From contig JAXGZN010000002.1 in the NCBI GenBank assembly GCA_040776945.1, positions 448,001-512,000 on the forward strand: DNA of 64,000 bases, in the 5' to 3' direction. Position numbers and translations under genes: made by a program. Positions within the stretch are counted from its first letter, which is position 1, and each line of letters opens with the position of its first letter. The notes beneath the pieces are model-generated. The model saw nothing but the letters and a program-made list of their open reading frames with translations, was not told the DNA's origin and did not search any database. The DNA comes from Methanomassiliicoccaceae archaeon (GTDB lineage Archaea; Thermoplasmatota; Thermoplasmata; Methanomassiliicoccales; Methanomassiliicoccaceae). Positions 1 to 9,137 of this stretch are shown here, in pieces.

Positions 1-167
1 TCCAGCAGCGGACGCATCTGGTCCAGATAGAACCGGTTGCCGATCACGATGTCCGATCCCTCGATGGTCTTGCGCGCCAAGGGCGTTAGATTATCAAGGT
101 CGCCCGGTCCGATGCTTACTACCGACAACCGGCCCTTGGGCTCATCTGGCGATGGCAACGGTGACAT
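1..167 (-). CDS. cbiH: cobalt-precorrin-3B C17-methyltransferase, N-terminal part (runs off window)
   Basis: Not in ORF track. Manual translation gives MSPLPSPDEPKGRLSVVSIGPGDLDNLTPLARKTIEGSDIVIG, a tetrapyrrole methylase N-terminus, directly downstream of cbiG. Confidence 0.8.
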   Translation of the reverse strand, partial: MSPLPSPDEPKGRLSVVSIGPGDLDNLTPLARKTIEGSDIVIGNRFYLDQMRPLL

Positions 168-1008
168 TTCCGTAGGTCCTCCTTTTCATGACTATCTCCT
201 TCCTTTTTGAGAGCGCGAGGGCGGATGGCTCGGCCACACCCACGAGTCCGATCATCGTCGCCTTCGAGGGCGAGGTCCCTTTTTGGGAATTGATGGTCTC
301 GTCATCGACCAGGAAGAGCGGCCCGTTCAGGTCCCGGACCGCCTCCAGCAGACCCCCCTCATCCCATTTCTTGACGGTCGAGGAGAACGCCAGCACCTCG
401 CGCGGTTCTATATCCGCCTCGCGCAGCGCATCTTTGACCGCTCGGGCGATCTCTTCCGCCGTAGTGCCCCTGTTGCAACCGATGCCCACGATGAACTCGC
501 CCTTCACCGCCAGAACGGACACGCCGGGCGACACCATCACCACCGCTGGACCATCCACGCGGTATACTGGCACATCGCCTTGCAGGAATGCCTTGTTGAC
601 CGTCACGGTCGAGCTCTTGTTGATGACCTCCATATCGTTCCGGGTGGCGATCCCCTCGACCGAATCCTTCCCCAGAACGTCCGTGGCGGTCGATATGACC
701 GGAATAATGCCCTTGTTCGACAGCCGGCGGGCCAGTTCGTTGGCCCCATGGTGCCCCCCGAGCAAGGGCACGCAGAACCTCAGATCCGGAGTGACAGCAA
801 TGACCGGGGGGTCCGTCCACTTGTCCCTGAGAAGTGGAGCGATCTTCCTTACCACGATCCCCAGGGCCATGACCGCCACGATGCCGTCCCGGTCACGGAA
901 GGCTTCCTCGAACGCCCGTTCGGAATAGCCGACGACCTCTCCCCCCAGCCAATCCGCCAGGGCGGCCGCCTGTTCCCCATGTCCGGAATGGATGATCGCG
1001 ATGTTCAT
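142..1008 (-). CDS. cbiG: cobalt-precorrin-5A hydrolase
   Basis: DPPVI, LLGGHHGAN, VGIGCNRG and GVAEPSAL motifs; position in cbi operon. Confidence 0.93.
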   Translation of the reverse strand: MNIAIIHSGHGEQAAALADWLGGEVVGYSERAFEEAFRDRDGIVAVMALGIVVRKIAPLLRDKWTDPPVIAVTPDLRFCVPLLGGHHGANELARRLSNKGIIPVISTATDVLGKDSVEGIATRNDMEVINKSSTVTVNKAFLQGDVPVYRVDGPAVVMVSPGVSVLAVKGEFIVGIGCNRGTTAEEIARAVKDALREADIEPREVLAFSSTVKKWDEGGLLEAVRDLNGPLFLVDDETINSQKGTSPSKATMIGLVGVAEPSALALSKRKEIVMKRRTYGNVTVAIAR

Positions 1009-1724
1009 GAGTACAGCACCGAACGATGATAGCGCTCCATCGGTTCCACGATATCGCCTATCACTATGAGGGCGGTCTTATGGATGCCGGCCTCGGAGGC
1101 CTTCCGGGCTATGTCACCGACGCATCCGCGCACGATCTTCTGGTCCGGCCATGAGGCGTGGTAGATGACCGCGGCCGGTGTTTCCCGAGGGCATCGCAGC
1201 TTGTCCACGATGGCCGGCAGCTTGTCCGTGCCCAGGAATATCACCATGGACGCGCCAGATTCGGACAGGCGAGCAATATCGTCCTCCTCAAGGGTATCCC
1301 CCGCCGGTCTGGTGACGATGAGGGTTTCCGACACTCCTTTCAGGGTATACTGGGTCTTCAGCGCTGCGGACGCCGCGAACAGAGAGCTCACTCCTGGAAC
1401 GATCTGCACTTCCACGCCATGCCGCTCTATCTCGACGATCTGCTCGACAATGGACCCATACAGCGAGGGATCGCCGCTGTGGAGCCGGACCACCTTCTTT
1501 CCGGCGAGGGCGGCATCGACCATGATCGAGACCATGCTCTCGATGTTCATTCCCCAGCTGTCCAGCTTCACCAGGGCCGAGGAACGCTCGACCAGCAAAG
1601 GGTTTACCAGTGAGCCGGCATAGATGAGGACGTCAGCGGTGGTTAGAAGCTCGTTCCCCTTCAAGGTGATGAGATCGGGATCTCCGGGACCAGCGCCCAC
1701 GAACCACACCGTCGGCAAGCCCAT
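1005..1724 (-). CDS. cbiF: cobalt-precorrin-4 C11-methyltransferase
   Basis: VGAGPGDPDLIT, YAGSLV, RLHSGDPSLYG and ASWPDQ motifs. Confidence 0.93.
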   Translation of the reverse strand: MGLPTVWFVGAGPGDPDLITLKGNELLTTADVLIYAGSLVNPLLVERSSALVKLDSWGMNIESMVSIMVDAALAGKKVVRLHSGDPSLYGSIVEQIVEIERHGVEVQIVPGVSSLFAASAALKTQYTLKGVSETLIVTRPAGDTLEEDDIARLSESGASMVIFLGTDKLPAIVDKLRCPRETPAAVIYHASWPDQKIVRGCVGDIARKASEAGIHKTALIVIGDIVEPMERYHRSVLYS

Positions 1725-1725
1725 C

Positions 1726-2334
1726 TCATTGCCTCCGGGCGAACATGACGCTCATATAATCGCTGCTTTCCGGCATACTCTCCTCGTCGTACACCTTCTC
1801 ATTGTCCAGGAACATCCTCTCCACCAGATGGAACCTTGTATATCCGGAGGAGCGGAGCTGGGCCATGGTCTTGCGGGGAGAGCGGACCTTCAGCAACACC
1901 AGGCACTCGTTGTCCGAACCGTCGGTGACCGTGAAGCCCGAGTTCACCGGCATCCGCAGGCGGGAAGCGAACGCGGTGATGGAGCTTATGCCCGGCTCTA
2001 CCGCCATCTCTACCTCCGGGTACCTTCTTTTAAGCACCTCGCACTGCCTGGAGAAGGTCGAGTAGAAGTTAGGGTCCCCTAGGATCGCCAGGACCGCCAT
2101 TCCCTGGATGGCGACCGGGGCGATGACCTCGGCGTTGCGCTCCAGGGCCTTCTCGATGACGTCCTCGTCGTTCACCATCGGGAACTCCAGCACCACGGGG
2201 TCGCAATAGTCCCTGACCAGTTCCCTGGCCATCTTTCCCGGGACGAACACCTTGTCCGCCGTTCGGAGCAGGCGGACGGCCTTCAAGGTCAGAAGCTCCT
2301 TGTCCCCCGGTCCGAGGCCAACGCCGATGAGCAT
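1726..2334 (-). CDS. cbiL: cobalt-factor II C20-methyltransferase
   Basis: GVGLGPGDKELLT, LGDPNFYSTF and PGISS motifs. Confidence 0.9.
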   Translation of the reverse strand: MLIGVGLGPGDKELLTLKAVRLLRTADKVFVPGKMARELVRDYCDPVVLEFPMVNDEDVIEKALERNAEVIAPVAIQGMAVLAILGDPNFYSTFSRQCEVLKRRYPEVEMAVEPGISSITAFASRLRMPVNSGFTVTDGSDNECLVLLKVRSPRKTMAQLRSSGYTRFHLVERMFLDNEKVYDEESMPESSDYMSVMFARRQ

Positions 2335-2858
2335 CAGCTCACCTCCCCGACGATGATGAACACCGGGTCGATTGGCTTGAACATGATGCTGCCAGCGAGG
2401 GGATGGGACCGGCCCACCTGCACCATGGTCGCCTCCTTGAAGATGCCCAGTTCGACCATTGCATCTACCGCCAGGGTCATCGACCTGAGGAGGACGGTGT
2501 TCACCACGATGCGCCCCCGGACCTTGTCCTTCAGGAGGAACAGCATCTCTCGTAGATGCTTCGTGCCTCCCACGAACGCGCCGTCCAGCTTATCGCACCC
2601 TTTGATAAATTCGACCCCGTCCGCCTGCTTGACCTCGATGTTGTTGCGTCCCCAGGCCTTTATGTTGACGCGGGTGGCCTCTATGGCCTCCTTCCTAATG
2701 TCCACAGCGTACACCTTCTGCGCGGTCTCGGCCATCGCGATCGCCACCTTGCCGGTCCCGCAGCCGATATCGGCGGCAATATCTCCGTTCCTAAGCTCCA
2801 GCTTGTGGAGGGAGATGGCCATGATCTCGTCCTGAGTAGGTCCACCTTTGAATCTCAT
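2334..2858 (-). CDS. cbiT: cobalt-precorrin-6B C15-methyltransferase (decarboxylating)
   Basis: GGPTQDE N-terminus, DIGCGTG SAM motif, FVGG; first gene of the operon. Confidence 0.9.
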   Translation of the reverse strand: MRFKGGPTQDEIMAISLHKLELRNGDIAADIGCGTGKVAIAMAETAQKVYAVDIRKEAIEATRVNIKAWGRNNIEVKQADGVEFIKGCDKLDGAFVGGTKHLREMLFLLKDKVRGRIVVNTVLLRSMTLAVDAMVELGIFKEATMVQVGRSHPLAGSIMFKPIDPVFIIVGEVS

Positions 2859-2862
2859 CTAT

Positions 2863-2877
2863 TGGATGTATCATCCA
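2863..2877. promoter_or_regulatory. palindromic operator TGGATG-TAT-CATCCA upstream of cbiT
   Basis: Perfect inverted repeat between a minus-strand TATA-like tract (~2881-2889) and the start codon; the motif recurs at four other promoters. Confidence 0.75.
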
Positions 2878-3010
2878 ACTTATATTTAAGATGAAAATAG
2901 CATCCAACTGCATCCCATAGAGGACAGAACGGTCCGGTGGTTGATGACGGCCAGGCATGATCCTGTTCGATGGCTCCGGCCGGTTCTTTAGGGCAATTAG
3001 GGGATCGCAG

Positions 3011-3841
3011 CTATCGGACCGGCCTAGTTCCTGCGGTCTCCCTTTCCAGAAGGTCCAGGGCCTCCTCCATGGTAGTGGGGACCTCGAAATCACGGCCGCT
3101 GCGGGCCTTCCATTCGGTCATAAGCCGAGGAATGGACGGAAGCTCCAGGTTGGCCTCCGCCAAGATGTCCGGACGGCCCATTAGGCCACGGAGGTCCCCA
3201 TCATAGAGGACGGTCCGCTTCAGCACTATGACCCGCCTCGTAAGCTCGAACGCCACAGTGAGGTCATGGGTGGCCAGGACGATGCTCTTGTCGAGCGAGC
3301 GCAGAACGTCCACCAGCGCCCTCCGGCTCACCGGGTCCAGATTAGCGGTCGGCTCGTCCAGGAGGTAGATCTCCGGGTCCATGGCCAGCAGGCCGGCGAT
3401 GGCTATGCGCTTCTTCTCCCCGAAGCTAAGGTGGTGAGGCACTCTCTCCGCGTACTCCGTCACCCCGGCCAGCGCCATGCTCCTTTCCACTCTCCTGCGC
3501 ACCTCCCGCTCCTCGAGCCTCATGTTGATCGGCCCGAAGGCAACATCGTCCCAAACCCGGGGCATGAAGATCTGGTCGTCAGGGTCCTGGAAGAGCAGGC
3601 CGGCCTTCATGGTGGCCTGTTGCGCGGTCCTCTTATCCACCTTTATCCCGGCAACCTCCAGCTCCCCCTCGGTAGGCAGATAGAGCGAGTCCAGCATGTG
3701 CAGCAGCGTGCTCTTTCCGGCCCCGTTGGGGCCGACCAGCGACACGCGCTCACCATAGCCGATGGTAATATTGACATCGTCCAGAGCGCGCGTGCCGTCC
3801 GAATATCGGTAGCCGACCTTCCTAAGCTTCAGAGCATCCAC
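3011..3841 (-). CDS. cbiO: ECF Co/Ni transporter ATPase (CbiO/NikO)
   Basis: Walker A GPNGAGKST, FQDPDDQ, LSFGEKKR, DEPT. Confidence 0.88.
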   Translation of the reverse strand: MDALKLRKVGYRYSDGTRALDDVNITIGYGERVSLVGPNGAGKSTLLHMLDSLYLPTEGELEVAGIKVDKRTAQQATMKAGLLFQDPDDQIFMPRVWDDVAFGPINMRLEEREVRRRVERSMALAGVTEYAERVPHHLSFGEKKRIAIAGLLAMDPEIYLLDEPTANLDPVSRRALVDVLRSLDKSIVLATHDLTVAFELTRRVIVLKRTVLYDGDLRGLMGRPDILAEANLELPSIPRLMTEWKARSGRDFEVPTTMEEALDLLERETAGTRPVR

Positions 3842-4563
3842 TGGACAACCCCCAATTGAATTGACAGGATGATAGTTATGACAGACGCGAACGCGGCCAC
3901 ATATGCCAGGTCCCTGGGCCTGGCCGATAGGCCTCGGAGAGTGTGGATCTCGCCTTGGAACCCTCTCGATAAAAGGCCGTTGTGAGTCCTCTTAGAGCGT
4001 TCGTATGAACGGACAAGTACCATCCCCCCGGTGAAGGAGATGGTCTGAAATACGTCCTTCGAGAGCAGGCTGCCCTTGAGAGAGAAGCCCCGCGACCTCC
4101 TGGCCTTGTTCATAAGCTCCAGCTCCTCCAGGATGACGAAGATGTACCGGTAGGTGAACAAAAGGAGCGCGCAGAAGACATATGGGACGCGGAACCATCT
4201 TAGTGCCTTCAGGACGTCGAAGAAAGGAGTGGTGGTGACGAGCAGGAGCAGAGAGATCACCGAAGCCGAGACCCTTAGTGCCATGGCCAGGGCGGGCTGG
4301 GGACCTGAGGTGAACAACATGGCCAATGACGTTACTGCTATGAACGGAAGGGCTAGAGAGAAGACCCTAAGGAAATGCAGGACCGGCAGCCGGGAGATGG
4401 CGAGCAGAGCCAGAACGAAGAACAAGGCCACCATAAGGGCTCTCAGGTCCTTCATGAACGAGAGGGCGGCCACCAGCGCGACGGTGGAGGCGAGCTTAAT
4501 GCGCGGATCGAAGCCATAGAGGGTGCATGACCGGCTATATCGATCTATCTCTATGGTCTCCAT
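3829..4563 (-). CDS. cbiQ: ECF Co/Ni transporter T component (CbiQ/NikQ)
   Basis: DPRIKL, FTYRYIF, ARRSRG and SRGF motifs; hydrophobic. Confidence 0.88.
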   Translation of the reverse strand: METIEIDRYSRSCTLYGFDPRIKLASTVALVAALSFMKDLRALMVALFFVLALLAISRLPVLHFLRVFSLALPFIAVTSLAMLFTSGPQPALAMALRVSASVISLLLLVTTTPFFDVLKALRWFRVPYVFCALLLFTYRYIFVILEELELMNKARRSRGFSLKGSLLSKDVFQTISFTGGMVLVRSYERSKRTHNGLLSRGFQGEIHTLRGLSARPRDLAYVAAFASVITIILSIQLGVVQWML

Positions 4564-4651
4564 GGTTCTCTCCCCAAGATCGTCCCGACCTGAACTCGGC
4601 AGTAAAATGGGAATGAAAAGGGTTTATTGAACTCTTCGCCCGACAGGCCCT

Positions 4652-4933
4652 TCAGGCCTTTATGGACTTCCTGAGCATGACCAGGCCATACACGACGAGC
4701 AGGGTGACGAAGAACCCGACGATCCCCATCAGAAGGGAGCTGAAGTAATTGGAGCCATAGTCCAAGGGAGCGGTCCAGACGGGCTCGCTCTCCTCGCCGG
4801 ACCCGTGCTCCTCCAGCGTCTTGTCCAGTCCGTCGGGCACACCGTCCGACACCAGGAAGAATCCGACAAGCCCGACGGCGAACAGCAGCAGGATCCCGAC
4901 AGAAGCGATGATGTATCGGCGGTCCACGTTCAC
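4652..4933 (-). CDS. PDGLE-domain membrane protein (NikN/CbiN-like)
   Basis: Two TM segments flanking PDGLD; GTG start overlaps the stop of cbiM (C-terminal part of track ORF 4652..5533). Confidence 0.8.
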   Translation of the reverse strand: MNVDRRYIIASVGILLLFAVGLVGFFLVSDGVPDGLDKTLEEHGSGEESEPVWTAPLDYGSNYFSSLLMGIVGFFVTLLVVYGLVMLRKSIKA

Positions 4934-5580
4934 GCCCCCGCAGGCTTGAGGTTCAGTTCCAGCATCTCCGGCGAGACCTTGGCCAGGAAGAGCACCACTC
5001 CGGTAGTGACGATGGCCTCGCCGACACCGATCAGGGCGTGGTATCCCATCATGGCCGGGAACGCAAGCGCGCCAGTGATCCCGTACGTCCCATCTGAGAT
5101 GGAATAGCTTAAGGCCAGCTGGGCCGCGCACACCGTGGCCGCAATGAACACCGCGGCCCACGCCGCTACCGGCGTGCCCAGGGTGCGGTTCTTTCCGAAG
5201 AGCATCATCACCCCATAGGTCACCAGGGGCGCGATGATCGCCATGTTCAGTATGTTGAGGCCCAGCGAGGTGATCCCGCCATCGCCGAAAACAAGGCATT
5301 GGATGGTCAGGATGGCGGTGATTATCAACATGGCCGCGTACGGCCCCAGCAGTATGGTCGCCAACGCGGCCCCGATAAGATGGCCGGTGGTCCCCCCGCC
5401 TATTGGAAAGTTCAACATCTGGGCCACGAAAATGCCGGCGGCCAATATGGCCATCATGGGCATCGTTCTTTCGTCCAACCGCTTGCCTAGCTTCCAGAAC
5501 ATCAGACCCAGCCCGATGAGGGCCAAGATCCAACCGGCGATCCAGAGCTCGGGCGCCATTATTCCGTCCGCAATATGCAT
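4930..5580 (-). CDS. cbiM: ECF Co/Ni substrate-binding S component (CbiM/NikM)
   Basis: N-terminal MHIADG, GTTGHLIG, FGDGGITSLG. Confidence 0.88.
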   Translation of the reverse strand: MHIADGIMAPELWIAGWILALIGLGLMFWKLGKRLDERTMPMMAILAAGIFVAQMLNFPIGGGTTGHLIGAALATILLGPYAAMLIITAILTIQCLVFGDGGITSLGLNILNMAIIAPLVTYGVMMLFGKNRTLGTPVAAWAAVFIAATVCAAQLALSYSISDGTYGITGALAFPAMMGYHALIGVGEAIVTTGVVLFLAKVSPEMLELNLKPAGA

Positions 5581-5596
5581 GAGCAACCCCTTACCC

Positions 5597-5623
5597 TTAT
5601 AACGAATAATTCTTTCGTGCTAC
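5597..5623. promoter_or_regulatory. possible NikR-like operator TTATAAC-N13-GTGCTAC
   Basis: Imperfect inverted repeat with a 13-bp spacer and inner ACGAA/TTCGT symmetry, overlapping the probable TATA of the Ni/Co transporter. Confidence 0.35.
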
Positions 5624-5737
5624 GCAATCAGTCCCATTGTATAAATCCCTTTAGCAACAAAACCCCCGCGAGCGGGGCTTTTCGAACACGGGGAGAACGC
5701 GATAGAGCTTTTACCGCCGCGCGCGCTCCTCATCCTC

Positions 5738-6316
5738 ATGAAGGTCATCGCGTTCAACGGAAGCCCGAGGAAGAACGGGAACACCAACCGGGCGCTGGAA
5801 GTGGTCCTCGAGGAACTGGCCGCGGAAGGGTTCGAAACCGAACTGGTGCAGATGGGAAGCGAGGAGGTCGCCCCGTGCCAGGCGTGCGGGGAATGCGGCA
5901 GGAAGAAGGACCGCAGGTGCAAGAGGGAGGAGGACAAGGTCAACGAGTGGATAGAGCGCATGGCCGAAGCGGACGGCATTATAATCGGCTCGCCCGTGTA
6001 CTTCGGCAGCATGAGCGCACAGACCAAGGCGTTCATCGACCGCGTCGGCTATGTCAGCCGCGCAAATGGCGACCTGTTCAAGCGCAAGGTCGGGGCCTCA
6101 GTGGCAGTGAACCGCAGGGCAGGGGCCTTGGCGGCCTTCCAGGAGATGAACAACTTCTTCCTCATCGGGCAGATGATCGTCATCGGCTCATCATATTGGA
6201 ACGTGGCCACCGCCCTCCGGCGCGGGGACATCGAGAACGATGATGAAGGCATCACCACCATGCGTGACCTCGGCAGGAACATGGCATGGGTGCTCAAGCG
6301 GCTCACCTCTCCCTGA
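5738..6316 (+). CDS. iron-sulfur flavoprotein / multimeric flavodoxin (Isf-like)
   Basis: NGSPRKNGNT, CxxCxxC-x7-C, GSPVYF. Confidence 0.88.
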   Translation: MKVIAFNGSPRKNGNTNRALEVVLEELAAEGFETELVQMGSEEVAPCQACGECGRKKDRRCKREEDKVNEWIERMAEADGIIIGSPVYFGSMSAQTKAFIDRVGYVSRANGDLFKRKVGASVAVNRRAGALAAFQEMNNFFLIGQMIVIGSSYWNVATALRRGDIENDDEGITTMRDLGRNMAWVLKRLTSP

Positions 6317-6317
6317 G

Positions 6318-7004
6318 CTATTTCCGGTCCAGGGCGGCCATCCGCAGCAGAGGCAGCATGTTCATGAGCACCTTTCCCTCGGCCTTGCGGAGATGCTCCA
6401 TGGCCGTCGACCTCGACAGCCCGGTGAGCTTGGCCATATCATCCGCGGAGATCCGGGCAGGCGTGTCGTAGTAGCCGCGCTCGATCGCCAGCGTCAGTAT
6501 ATCGGACTGCTTGGCGGTGAGGCCCTCCATCAAGCCCTCGATGGGCACGAGCATCCCCTCGGTCAGGGACGGCAGGCCGACCTGGCGCATGGATTCCAGG
6601 CTGATCGTCCCTCCGTTCTCCTGGACCAGGCTGACCAGCCTCAGTATGTTGCTCTTGCTCCAAGAGAACACACGATACCTCTCCCACCCGCCCTCGGCAA
6701 CTGTGGGCTGGGCGCACCAGCAATCCGACCGAGATATGAGCGAGGTGACCGATCCAGGGTCCACATCGCGGTCCCGTATGACGATCTCCAATCCGCCGCA
6801 TTGGCGGATGACAGTGGCATAAGGAATAAAGGTCGCCAGGTCCTCCTCGAACTTCTCAAGGTCCTCCGTGGACCTGCTGGTGACCACGGCAACATGGGTG
6901 CTCGCATTGTCCCAGGAGCTGATCCGGAGGCCTGGATATCTTTCAGTGAGCATGCAGTACGGGCAGTTGTGATGGATGTCCAATCTGGCCTCGTAGTTGG
7001 GCAT
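6318..7004 (-). CDS. HTH-10 (bacterio-opsin activator-like) transcription regulator
   Basis: C-terminal LTAKQ...GYYDTPAR...EHLRKAE; start codon uncertain. Confidence 0.85.
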   Translation of the reverse strand: MPNYEARLDIHHNCPYCMLTERYPGLRISSWDNASTHVAVVTSRSTEDLEKFEEDLATFIPYATVIRQCGGLEIVIRDRDVDPGSVTSLISRSDCWCAQPTVAEGGWERYRVFSWSKSNILRLVSLVQENGGTISLESMRQVGLPSLTEGMLVPIEGLMEGLTAKQSDILTLAIERGYYDTPARISADDMAKLTGLSRSTAMEHLRKAEGKVLMNMLPLLRMAALDRK

Positions 7005-7419
7005 CGGTGCTCGAACGCCGTGCCTGAAGATAATCATTCCTGCGCCCCTTCGTGTCAATCTATGCCATGCTAATGGCTCTCGAAGACTGCCGTCCTACGG
7101 CGGTGCAATTGATATCGCCACCTTGCGCGCTATGATCGTTCGATCGAAATGATATCCAACGCATCACTGCAAGAGACCAAAGTGCAGGTTCAAGATCAAG
7201 AACTGTCGCTCTATGTCCGGACCGAGCTCAGAGGCATTCCCTTAGCAATAATGGGAGGCCACGAGCCCGATAGGTCCATGATGTATCGTCATGGGCCTCG
7301 CCACGGACCCGTGCGCCAGGCGGGACGATGGCTTTACCACGGGCTGATCGTTCTACTTGGATAGAATACATAAGGACCTGACAAAACCCTTTAATGGCCC
7401 CTGTCCATTGACCGGGAGG

Positions 7420-8088
7420 ATGTCCGGAGAGAAAGGGGCCAGCAAACGCCTTCTCATATATTCGTCCTCTGCGGCATCGATGACCGTCGCCGCATGGTGC
7501 TACGGCCTGCTCTTTTCCAGCTATGAGCTGGCCTTTATCATCCTCATTCCCGCTTCCTTCTTGGGCCTGGGCATGATGATCAAGTATGGCGATCAGGCCT
7601 TCGACGCCAACGTCTATTCCAAGAGGAAGGCCCTCCTTCTCGCTCTTCCCGGAGGTGTTTGGATGGGTTCACTGATGGCCGTGGACCCCGGCTCGGCCAC
7701 GATCTTCATGGGCGTCCTGATAGCCCTCCTGCTGGCCGGAAAGCTCGACAATCTGCCGTTCAAGCTCGGCTTCACCGTGGCGCTCGTCCTCTTCGCCATC
7801 TCCTTTCTAGCGGACCTCGGAAGGTTAGAACCCTTCGCCGCCTTGGTGGTCCTGGCCTTCGCGTACCTCGACGAGAAGGCCAATGACCTCCCCCTTGTTG
7901 GCCGCGGAAGCGGATGGGCCGCCGCCTTATTGAGCAATCGGCCGTTCCTCAAGCTCGCCGTCCTCGCCCTATGCTTGGTCGGAGCGCTGCCCTCACTGCT
8001 GTACTTCTTTGCCTTCCTGGCCTTCGACCTGGGGTATTCAGCGGTGGAGGCCTTCAGCCTACGCGGGGAGGTGGCCTTTCTTGGATGA
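7420..8088 (+). CDS. uncharacterised polytopic membrane protein
   Basis: Multiple hydrophobic segments with acidic loop motifs (KYGDQAFD, GKLDN, LDEKAND); overlaps the next gene. Confidence 0.75.
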   Translation: MSGEKGASKRLLIYSSSAASMTVAAWCYGLLFSSYELAFIILIPASFLGLGMMIKYGDQAFDANVYSKRKALLLALPGGVWMGSLMAVDPGSATIFMGVLIALLLAGKLDNLPFKLGFTVALVLFAISFLADLGRLEPFAALVVLAFAYLDEKANDLPLVGRGSGWAAALLSNRPFLKLAVLALCLVGALPSLLYFFAFLAFDLGYSAVEAFSLRGEVAFLG

Positions 8089-9136
8089 CCGCGAGGTTGT
8101 GATAATCGGGGCGGGTCCGGCGGGAGCGTCAGCCGGGTTCTTCCTGAAGAGGGGCAAGGGGAACCTCGACGTTCTCATGATAGACCGCCTCGATGAGGCC
8201 AAGTACGCTAGATACCATCGAATGTGCGGCGAGGCGATCTCCCGTGCGGCGTTCCGAGATCTCCACCCCCTGGGGCCCTCCAACGTGGTCCATGAGATAT
8301 CCAAGGTCCGAGAGGTATGGCCGGGGGGAAGGCACATAGAGGCCAAGGCGTTGGGGTACATACTGGACCGGCCGGCCTTCCTGAAAGGCATACTCGATCG
8401 TTTCCGTTCGCTCGGGGGAGAGATGACCATCGACGCGGTGGAGAGGGTCGAAAGGGACAGCAGAGGAACTATCTTGACCTTCACCTCCGGCAGAACGGTC
8501 CTCGCCAGGAACCTGATCGCCGCCGACGGCGCCAATTCCCTGGTCCGCAGGACCTTGTTCGGAGAGGACCCCCCCATCATGCTGTGGACCGAGCAGCATC
8601 TCGTTAAGCGGAAGGTCCCTGAGGACACCATAACGTTCATCCAGGCGGAAAGGTACAAGGGTGCGTACCGGTGGGAGTTCCCCGCCGGGAACCTCAGCCG
8701 CATCGGCTTCCCACGGGGGACCGACAGCATGGAGGGCGAAGAGGTGGTGGAGACCCATCGTCGGGTCATTCCCGCCGGCGGCATGGGCCGCATAGTGTGT
8801 GGGACCGTCTACCTCGCAGGGGACTCGGCCGGAATGGCCAACCCTCTGACCGCCGGAGGCATCAGGGTGGCCATGGTGGCCGGCAGGAGGGCGGCGGAGG
8901 CGGTTATCGATGGCCGGCCATACTCGTACCAGGAATGGTGGTCATCGTCCCCCTACTCATCGAAGGGGTTCATGAGCGCCTATGCCAAACTTAGCACGAT
9001 GACGGACAGCGATTATGAGAGGGCGTCGAGGGGCTTTGGGAGCAATCCGATACGGTTAGCGTGGTGCTACCTGCGGCGACCGGAGTTCAGGGTGATCTAT
9101 GGCACTTACGCCGCATCAGGTCTATACGGGTGGTAA
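8081..9136 (+). CDS. geranylgeranyl reductase-family FAD oxidoreductase
   Basis: IIGAGPAG, CGEA, AADGANS, YRWEFP, GDSAG; TTG start inferred. Confidence 0.82.
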   Translation: MDDREVVIIGAGPAGASAGFFLKRGKGNLDVLMIDRLDEAKYARYHRMCGEAISRAAFRDLHPLGPSNVVHEISKVREVWPGGRHIEAKALGYILDRPAFLKGILDRFRSLGGEMTIDAVERVERDSRGTILTFTSGRTVLARNLIAADGANSLVRRTLFGEDPPIMLWTEQHLVKRKVPEDTITFIQAERYKGAYRWEFPAGNLSRIGFPRGTDSMEGEEVVETHRRVIPAGGMGRIVCGTVYLAGDSAGMANPLTAGGIRVAMVAGRRAAEAVIDGRPYSYQEWWSSSPYSSKGFMSAYAKLSTMTDSDYERASRGFGSNPIRLAWCYLRRPEFRVIYGTYAASGLYGW

Positions 9137-9137
9137 A

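Noticed and set aside
188-2894. Multiple plus-strand ORFs over the cbi operon
   Set aside because: Antisense shadows of well-supported minus-strand genes
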